Part shown: piece after piece, positions 8,501 through 14,800 of the stretch
Layout of the letters: every line of letters begins with the position of its first letter
How positions within the stretch are numbered: the first letter of the stretch is position 1
Assembly: GCA_964645485.1 (NCBI GenBank)
Contig: CAZXZO010000023.1
Span: 9,831-25,165 of the forward strand
DNA from: an uncultured Candidatus Poseidoniales archaeon
GTDB taxonomy: Archaea > Thermoplasmatota > Poseidoniia > Poseidoniales > Thalassarchaeaceae
Reading direction: 5' to 3'
DNA: 15,335 bases
Notes under the pieces: model-generated
Told to the model about the DNA's origin: nothing
Database searches by the model: none
What the model saw: the letters and a program-made list of their open reading frames with translations, nothing else
Position numbers and translations under genes: made by a program

Positions 8501-11500
8501 CGCTCTTCAACATGGGCGTTTGGAATTGGAGACCCGAATACTCAGTTACTCGGAACTAATCTGTGGACCATGGATTATCAAGAAGGAAACGATGTTGAGG
8601 AATTCAACCATCCAACAGTGGATGACACCTATATCAGCGAAGGAAACCCATCTTCGAATTACCAAACCGATGCACTGAAGATTGGTGAAGGTTGTACAGG
8701 TGGGCCATCGAGTAGTGAGAAATGTATTGGAATTTTCCAAGTAGACCTCAGTCAAGTACCACTCACTGGAGATGCAAGAGCACACTCTGGTCAGTTGGCA
8801 ATTTGGCTTGAATCGGTATCCGCTCCAACCTCAGGTTGGCTGGATATTACTGCATATGCTTTGCTGAATAATAACTTCCAAGAGGGACAAGCAACTTGGA
8901 ATCAAGCGTCGCTTGGTAACAATTGGTCCACAGCGGGAATTGGTGCTGGAACTGATAGAAGTACAATTGCTCTGAACACCGTCAGAATTACTGCAACCTC
9001 TCAAGCAGGTTGGTTCTATATCGATATCAGTGGCGCTCTAGCCGCAAATGTCAATGGAACATTCTCAGTTGTTTTGGTCGGTACACCTCAACCCGTAACC
9101 CAGGGCACTGCACAAATAACTGCAACTTTTTCACACAGTGAATCGCCATCAGTTTCCCAACGGCCTACTCTGACCTTCAATTACACCAATGTCTTTGATA
9201 TTTCACTAACAGGTTCAGCAACTACCACCTCAGATACTCCTGTACAAATGTCTGCGACTTTACTCGATGTTGATAATCAAGTGATTAGCGGAAATGTCGA
9301 ATGGACTACCTCAAACGGTGTCATCGATAGTACCGGATTATTTACCCCAGACCAAGTTGGAAATGTGACAATCTCTGCACGCTTTGGTCGTGTAATAGTA
9401 ACTCACACAATTGTCGTGCAACCAGGAATTCCAACCACACTTATCGGAGGGCCAATGGCTTCCACGATTACCAGTGATGAAACTGTTTCAATGTGGTTCA
9501 ATGTACTTGATGCAAATAGCAATTTAGTCCCTGGAGTCTCTCTTTCATTTGCCGTAACCAACGGCTCCATCGCTGAAGGGAATTCGCATACAACCCCGTT
9601 AGGAGCAATTACCTACATGCCTTGGAACACCGGTATTCAGTGGGTCAATGTTACTTGGAGTGGCGGCTCGTTATCTTTGCAAATCACTGTTACTGAAGGC
9701 CTGCCTGATTACATCGTGATGACTGGATTCCCTTCGATTCCTGCTGGTGAATCTAGAGATTTCAATTGGACTGCCTATGATGCCCATCATAATCCGGTCA
9801 CCCCAAGTCGACTATTGTCGGTGAATTGGACTGTCGAGGATGGGAATGTAACTCAAGTTGGTGAATACACCGCTGATAAAGTTGGATTTTGGAATTTGAC
9901 TTTGACAACAGGTTACGGATTATCAATCGTTCAGAATGTTGAAACAACACACGGTGCTATATTGGACCTAGAAGTAACACCAACTTCCTATTCATTGACA
10001 GCAGATGAAGACTTGACAATCAATACTGTACGAATTGATATTCGTGGAAATCGCTTGAATGTAACTCTACCATCAAGTGCTTGGGTGATATCAAATGGTA
10101 CTCTGTTTGAAGAAGACCCCGTACGTTGGAGTCCAATTGGTGCTGCTACGCAGACTATTGATGCAACTCTAGAAGGAGTCACAACTCGAGTAATTATTTC
10201 GGTTACTCACGGAGAAGCAGTTGGAATCGATATCAGAATTAGCGGTAGCGAAATTGTAATGTCGGGTGATTCTGTGTCAATTGATGCATATAATTATGAC
10301 CAGTTTGGCAACGAATGGATTGCCGAAATTGATGTTTGGGAAATAGATGAATCGATGTCTGACCAGAGTTGGTTGACTGGCTCGCTCTCATATGCCGACT
10401 TTGAAGCAGTGACAGTTGGCACATGGACAGTTACTGCAACTTACATGCATAACGGAGTGACGGCAATGACGGATTCTCAATCCTTTACAGTTGAGGAGGG
10501 GCCACTAGCGAGTATTGTCCTTTCAGGACATGGCACTCAGATAACTGCAGATGAGACGTTAGCATTGAATCCAATTACTAGAGATCAAAATGCTAACCTA
10601 TTGCAATCAGATGGTTTGATGTGGTTTATTTGGGATGCTGACAGCCCTACTACACAACCTCCTTCCTGTATTAATTGGGGCAATGACTTGACTGACACAT
10701 TACAAAACAATGGCTACAACTGGGAAGCGTCAGTAGAAGGTACATGGCGAATATGTGCTATCTCTGGACCTTATCAAACTGTGATTGAGGTAAGTGTAAG
10801 CCATGGAGAGGCTGCGGTACTTTACCAGAATCCAAGTGCTAACACATTGGTTGCAGGCGCTACAATTTCAATCGAACTAACTGCTGCAGACTCAGATGGA
10901 AACGTCTTTGCAATTGACGTAGATTGGTCGGGAAGCGCACCAACTGACTTCACCGACGAAGAAGAGGTCGGGAAATATTCGTGGCACGGAACTACAATGG
11001 GTAACTACAGTCTAGAGTATTCATATGCAGATCTAAGTGGAACATGGGATGTATCGGTTACTCCGTCCATTCTTGAAACTCTAGAGATGACAATCAGCCC
11101 AAGCACAGATGTTCTCCAACAAGAGACCATCACTATTGATGTGAGGGCCTTTGATGCATTTGGAAATGAAATCGACGTCCCAGTCGAGGCAACTGTCTAT
11201 CATGGGGGAGACCTTCATGTCACCACTAAGGTTTCAAATTCTCAGTGGCAAATTTACATGCTTGATGAAGGGCAGTCAAAAATTACTGTTGTGGCAGACG
11301 AAAAGTATGATGAGGAGTATGTCCAAGTTTCTCAAACGATGATGGGATTCTTTGAGGCTGGTGGAACTCTATACTATATTGGCGCTGGGCTTCTTGCATT
11401 GATAGTTCTTGGAGTAATTGCCACTCTAGTTGTTCTCCTAAGGAGAGCAGGAGCTGATGATGAAGATGATGATGATTTCTATGACGAATATGACGATTAT

Positions 11501-11707
11501 GAGGAAATAGGTGACGGCGAGTACGACGAACCGGAGTCAATTTCTGATGATTATGTTGAGCAGGGCGACACAGGAGAATCTGAAAGCGGTGGTACTGATG
11601 CGAACATTTCCGTAGATGAGGACGGCACAGAATGGTGGGAAGATGAAGAAGGTGTCTGGTGGTACCGTTCTGTCGACATGGACGACTGGGAAATCTGGGA
11701 AGATTAA
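2579..11707 (+). CDS. P1: giant (~3042 aa) single-pass surface glycoprotein with 7 DNRLRE/CBM96-like modules, 6 FN3-like spacers, 8 Ig-like repeats, TM helix and acidic Trp-rich tail
   Basis: Uninterrupted ORF (track 2456..11707). The start is placed at ATG 2579 (MKNKTLTAIILVLVMILVPWT, signal-peptide-like, GGTGA 8 nt upstream). Repeat motifs are listed in the repeat features. TM segment LYYIGAGLLALIVLGVIATLVVLL (11369-11440) is followed by RR. The protein is rich in Ser/Thr/Asn/Gly/Trp with dense N-x-S/T sequons. Confidence 0.95.
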   Translation: MKNKTLTAIILVLVMILVPWTSMLNGTELDGDLGPAWATGSSTASADTGLNFTSPNATHGSDANLNLTNVSGMESVLLFSFPMTTPGGPVPSAGSIRSATLTLYITGGNSQGSMYAFAAPLKADFDEGNATWFNNTHNTTWQVGGANGTNDRGSWEPRSSSFSSSSSSFSINVTSIAQNALSNNFNDVNITVSSVGLGILTVASREHPTTSKRPSLSFDYDSTPPTSGSAIVRGAPSNDSVPITGSFLLTADTTPTIGWSGLNGSGVELHISQSSDFRSIDDGSWLFSSWGNSGFTMSGGNGTFTIPSASSLELGMAAYWRIRASKGDQLSEWQTGQFLLPFINATNNGNNSATFELLRDSLGVDGGTVHDAWLRSGSSNLSAGHNENIWVGNSNNTSRNDMAGLIHVDLDHTGLHSNATILSAYMQMRRTDRQGNAWISIHEFSQTNWSEDTASWDNYSGNQSWMNGGLSNNIGSSLDIINGGKSGNIFNFDVTYAVQEYMRGVHQSGTGDGISLILQSKGANNEWARFGGSEENAYTLRPKMVITYAWGDGTGPTDTVTVQSPLDGRGVWSVVNNNMTADLTPTLNWSTTGHTNDEVRIELAGNEDFTEGPFLRVDSRDFSSGINTTAGTFTVPSGWGLDYGEDYYWRVRWIEDGDWGGYSSTPGFFLSTINSTWVSNNTWQFRLRHSNASNTMATPFCADTYIDSLGPSSTNDAGELSISNSQYTVFGCDIRSHILPPGLAVTDVELRLKSSFISGTMSASAYELINHRWEEGSATWENYEGANNWSGVGASGSDRGQLLDSTTISGTSSTWFTWNVTVAVQNSMRWDVPVDFLITGTGSGAVAMYDKENAGSAAEYPELVINYSPGSMAVPDPPQPASPINGVWSVTTGLLIAPEKTPELTWNHTGSISANGWVVEMDTTNTFNSNDLRVARSWVQINDFDVLNRTYTPSSNLSTSSVWYWRVRGSSLTNQLGNWSNVADFVVPNIESGSLDSDNSYIVIRPGAAVATQGIPSVPDTWIDANTNRNASHHGAGHLVVGCNTADCPKSSMLSFPLSELPQPNNARIVSAELHLWPFSVNSTTSGDAPRISVHRTLRNWDVNATGASWTGDASNNSTTLWSQAGGIGSGDVGPLIDISSPVASSWFKLNVTELVHGAVTDGENRVNMTLRSNTNEYAEATFYSADYTWASSRPYLKLWYRNGTGSASVGTPTLTEPANGNITWDISGHALGTDQSPLLTWTHPTSSSVDGWRLFIYNDSNDVRDGYQIYDSRMDTGFDLVNMTWTPGSNFATDSHQRWFVQTIKDDIYGNRSSSFTFDVPNALGSEINSTDARLRVLEGGALTRLSLPLSFGDTTLDSYSPNSNTGTSQTLSVGRSPSTFSTNHNSWSAMRIDLSSLPISEPWEVITADVELYCNGCSTSSSNSMTMTVHPLLTNFTENSATYNNHNSTTSWPTATIGGVVDSATVYGAGWYSWNVTQLMQAARLRGDDTLLLAFTGSSTSNTIVKQFHSSEYNGNRDLRPVLNITHRIGTQWLPADATNPVPAITSTLWEIGAVRPSERDPVTLQWSHPAPSNVSAWQVQLSSQTSFVESVTNTLDSSDSLSYDGSFGTNPLSYTIDVQGDLPSGWSGWMDAWLHWRVRPIIGDYVGNWTDGGEFRVPADQGSDDGLGNHTLTMSRGSVFYSSGYLPTVPDTWIDSTPNAGTNTAQGSNSTLAVGNSPFQSGQESVALVQFDLGELPFPPNMLATTVSLKMYRSGYSTSGTATVGIHECNSFSETDTWNSYSLSTNCNATAASTLSKSVGGFGGVWYDWDVTTLVQAAGHNGTVSMAIKAPNYAGYLQFTSSEASSSTYRPQLVIGYVDNQNGTTPPATPVLSWPNDQEVIYSVSDYDDFLLDATVRPNLTWNNAGDTTGYIVRMWNSTDSNMFYSWNATSNQGLFSTTSSLATFAPGWDLEEGGVYYWNIQGINGSILGPRSSTWAFGIGDPNTQLLGTNLWTMDYQEGNDVEEFNHPTVDDTYISEGNPSSNYQTDALKIGEGCTGGPSSSEKCIGIFQVDLSQVPLTGDARAHSGQLAIWLESVSAPTSGWLDITAYALLNNNFQEGQATWNQASLGNNWSTAGIGAGTDRSTIALNTVRITATSQAGWFYIDISGALAANVNGTFSVVLVGTPQPVTQGTAQITATFSHSESPSVSQRPTLTFNYTNVFDISLTGSATTTSDTPVQMSATLLDVDNQVISGNVEWTTSNGVIDSTGLFTPDQVGNVTISARFGRVIVTHTIVVQPGIPTTLIGGPMASTITSDETVSMWFNVLDANSNLVPGVSLSFAVTNGSIAEGNSHTTPLGAITYMPWNTGIQWVNVTWSGGSLSLQITVTEGLPDYIVMTGFPSIPAGESRDFNWTAYDAHHNPVTPSRLLSVNWTVEDGNVTQVGEYTADKVGFWNLTLTTGYGLSIVQNVETTHGAILDLEVTPTSYSLTADEDLTINTVRIDIRGNRLNVTLPSSAWVISNGTLFEEDPVRWSPIGAATQTIDATLEGVTTRVIISVTHGEAVGIDIRISGSEIVMSGDSVSIDAYNYDQFGNEWIAEIDVWEIDESMSDQSWLTGSLSYADFEAVTVGTWTVTATYMHNGVTAMTDSQSFTVEEGPLASIVLSGHGTQITADETLALNPITRDQNANLLQSDGLMWFIWDADSPTTQPPSCINWGNDLTDTLQNNGYNWEASVEGTWRICAISGPYQTVIEVSVSHGEAAVLYQNPSANTLVAGATISIELTAADSDGNVFAIDVDWSGSAPTDFTDEEEVGKYSWHGTTMGNYSLEYSYADLSGTWDVSVTPSILETLEMTISPSTDVLQQETITIDVRAFDAFGNEIDVPVEATVYHGGDLHVTTKVSNSQWQIYMLDEGQSKITVVADEKYDEEYVQVSQTMMGFFEAGGTLYYIGAGLLALIVLGVIATLVVLLRRAGADDEDDDDFYDEYDDYEEIGDGEYDEPESISDDYVEQGDTGESESGGTDANISVDEDGTEWWEDEEGVWWYRSVDMDDWEIWED
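2711..9184 (+). repeat. protein-level tandem array: seven DNRLRE/CBM96-like modules with a period of ~320-340 aa
   Basis: Modules are at 2711-3238, 3686-4222, 4682-5179, 5633-6181, 6638-7165, 7655-8158 and 8621-9184. Each starts with D-[TA]-x-[IL] (ADTGL, HDAWL, ADTYI, PDTWI, GDTTL, PDTWI, DDTYI). Most carry [WF]-x-E-x(2-3)-[AT]-[TS]-W and [WF]-x-x-x-[ND]-V-T. Each ends in an S-x-E...R-P-x-L-x-x-x-Y-type motif (RPSLSFDY, RPKMVITY, YPELVINY, RPYLKLWY, RPVLNITH, RPQLVIGY, RPTLTFNY). Spacers contain P-x-[LI]-x-W and aromatic-W-R-V-R-type motifs (YWRIR, YWRVR, YWRVR, RWFVQ, HWRVR, YWNIQ). The family name comes from motif recognition, not an HMM run. Confidence 0.85.
9197..11338 (+). repeat. protein-level array of eight Ig-like (Big-type) stalk repeats in P1
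   Basis: Beta-rich units of ~80-100 aa, mostly ending in V/T-x-x-G, with a D-x-x-G-N-like turn: DVDNQ, DANSN, DAHHN, DIRGN, DQFGN, DQNAN, DSDGN, DAFGN. Confidence 0.75.
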
Positions 11708-11738
11708 TCATTTAATTGACTAATTTCAAGTACCAAAC

Positions 11739-11764
11739 AAGGTGTCTCCTTTAGGAGACACCTT
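11739..11764. terminator. perfect 12-bp inverted repeat (AAGGTGTCTCCT-TT-AGGAGACACCTT); terminator-like or RNA-processing hairpin
   Basis: Read directly from the sequence, 31 nt after the P1 stop. The stem is followed by a short T run on the plus strand (CACC-TTTT) and by TTGTTT on the minus strand. Function is inferred. Confidence 0.6.
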
Positions 11765-11810
11765 TTGCAACAATACGGGGGATAATTGATGAATGAAGGC
11801 GTGCCTCATA

Positions 11811-11817
11811 GGTGAGG
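11811..11817 (+). promoter_or_regulatory. ribosome-binding site GGTGAGG of P2
   Basis: GGTGA lies 9 nt before ATG 11825, matching the motif and spacing seen before P1. Confidence 0.55.
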
Positions 11818-11824
11818 CGATGCC

Positions 11825-14800
11825 ATGTTCCGCAACCCTCTGATATCTCTGATGATTGCAATCATCGTGGTTAGTCCTTGGACAATTGCTTTACAAAATC
11901 GAGATTTCATTGATAATACTGAGGTTTTCAATTCTTCAACACCTCCTTCCCCCAACGATGATGACTACACAGATTATGGCAACGGCTCTGCTGCAAATTC
12001 TTACTGGGTAGGCGCCTCAGGAAATCCTGGCATCCAAGACACTTGGTTGAGTGCGGCTCAACCAACCAGCAACTACGGAAGTGACACCGAATTGAAGGCA
12101 GGCTTCTCAGCAAATGCAAGCAGTCGCTGGAATACTCTATTCGGAATCGAATTATCTCAAGCAGGGATGTTTACCAATGTGACAATACAATCAGCAACTT
12201 TGGCATTGAATGTCAAACAACTTAGTGGTCAGCCTGAAATTCGTAGTTGGGTAGTATATGATGAGGACTGGGACGCAGACACAACAGATTGGAACTCTTG
12301 GAGTGTTGGAGGAGCACTTGGAAATGATGACTCTGGCGGCCTAATGGATGAGGTGACAATAACATCTAGAGGATGGATTGAAGTCGATGTTACAAGGTCT
12401 GTAGAAGTAGCATATGATCGCTACATCAATGGGAATGACCCTTCCGCATCTGTACTCTTGACTGGCCCAGCATGGGGTGAAGAATGGGCAACTTTCCACT
12501 CAAGTGAATATGTCTTCTCATCTGAAAGGCCTCACCTAAATGTCACATACGACTGGGGAGTAACCGGGCTACCTATCACCACACAATGGGTGGATGTCTT
12601 TCCAAAACCACCACACCGTATTGATGCTGATAACCTTCTCAATTTAGCAGCGCAGGCTAGAAGTGGCACAGGATATCCTACCACAGGTATGGCTTCATGG
12701 TCTTCAAGCACGGGTTCAGTTGACTCGGGTGGACTGTTCACTCCTGATTTATCTGGCACGACACAAATTACTGCAACTATTGGGGGAGTACAGGGCTCTT
12801 TAGAACTACAAGTTGACCCAGGGACTCCTGTCAATCTAGATTTAGAAACGAAATCGGTTGAGTTGACAATAGATGACTATTTCCAATTTAATTCAACATT
12901 TGTTGACGCTAATGGAAATTCTGTTGATAGTGCTACTTTGACTTGGTATTCAGACTATGGTACCGTAAATGAAACCGGATACTATCAACCCACAACTGTT
13001 GGTTCGGACCAAGTTACAGTAACTTGGCAGTCACTATTTGCTACCGCTGATATCACTGTTTCAGCCGGTGCGCCTGCGAATATTTTGATTGAATCAAATT
13101 TGTCAGTTGCCTCCGGGGAACAAGTTGCAATAATCTACACGGTTGCAGACAGACTTGGGAATTTACTTCCAAATCAAGCAGCAGGCTCAATTAATTGGGA
13201 AGTTGAAAGTGGCCAAGTTGATGGAGTCGGTATCTTTACAGGCGGCGAAGTTGGAACTTGGCGAATCAATGCTACAAGTACCAGTGGTGCTAGTGGGCAC
13301 ACCTATGTGGAAGTAACACCCGGTGCACTGTCCTCTATCGAATTAATTCCCCCTAACGGCTCCCAGCCCGCTGACCAACCGGTTCTTCTTATCGTGAATT
13401 GGCAAGACGTCATGGGTAATGTAGTGCCGGTAAGAATACCACTTTCAAATTGGACTGCAGAAGATGGGAATTTCAGGATGACACCTGCTGGTGTTGAATG
13501 GCTTCCGCGTAGAGAAGGTGTTTGGCAAGTTGGAGTCCATGTTGAGGAAGAATGGTCAAACATCACAATAAATGTCACACACGGGTCGGTAGACCGGCTT
13601 TTGATTGCCACTGAAACAGAAGTGATGAGTGCTGATGCAATTCTCCCTCTGACTCTTTCAGCAGAAGATTCCAAAGGAAACCGATGGCAAGTAGATGGTT
13701 CTTGGTCTATTTTAGAACCTGAAGGGGCACCGTGGTTAAGCCCGGTTGAAAACGGTGCTCAATTTGAGGGCGTTCTAATTGGAAATTGGACAATAAAAGC
13801 CGAGTATAGCGACGGGAATAACGTCTTTTCCACCTTGTTAGTTTTGCAAGTTATTCCCGGGTCTTTAGCGCAAATCATTCTCCAAGGTGAAGGCTCCAAA
13901 GTATCAGCAGATAGTTGGATTGATTTTGAACCTACATTCTTTGATGAAGATGGAAATCAATTAAGTGATATACAATTGAACTGGAGTTTTGTCCACCAAG
14001 GCTCACAAACAGATAGAACAGAAGAGATGCGGACAAATAATGCAATCTGGTATCCAGTCCTCTCTGGACATCATGAAATCGAAGTTGAAGCAGCGGGAGT
14101 GTTTGCATCATTAGGTATTGATATTGACCCAGGTATTGCCCACACAATTAGAGCCTTAGAAACTCATGGAGTAGTGGTAGAAAGTGGCAACATAACTAGC
14201 ATTCAAATTAACGCAACCGACCTCGATGGAAATGACTTCGGTAGCGATGTAACATGGTCTATCCCTCACAGCAGTGTGGATTTGGCTAATGGTACTAGAG
14301 CAGGAGAATATCTTCTCAGAGGAATTCGAGCCGGCACTCATAATTTACAGTTCCAATCAGGTCTAGCAGATGGTACAGTAACAGTAACTGTCCTTTCTGG
14401 TGATGTTGTCAAAATAGAGGTTAATATTGCCAAGGAGAATGTTAAGACGGGTGATATTGTTGATGTTGAAGTAAATGCATTCGACTATGGTGGAAACAAA
14501 ATCCCACTGAATCCAGACTCCGTTCAATTGTCAAGCAGCGCCGGTAATTTTGGCCATTCAACTGGCGACTTTTGGCAGATGGCCATTCAGAATTCGGGGT
14601 CTCAGCAAAGAATTAATGTTGTTTACGGAACTGCTCAAGGAGAGGCTTACATTGATGTCTCACCAGACCCTTTTAGGGCATTTGGCGATTCAAATTTAGC
14701 GACTAGCCTGTGGGCTGGGATTGGTCTGATTGTGGTTTTATTTGCCCTGTTAATCGTTAGACTACGAAATAAAAGCAGAGAAGAAGAAGATGCACTTGAC

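Noticed and set aside
2711-9184. DNA-level tandem repeats, CRISPR array or DGR template/variable repeat pair
   Set aside because: The periodicity is visible only in the protein sequence. I saw no near-identical nucleotide repeats, spacer structure or reverse transcriptase.
2579-11707. Calling P1 a disaggregatase or alginate lyase
   Set aside because: Only accessory DNRLRE/CBM96-like modules are visible. No beta-helix or other catalytic domain was recognised.
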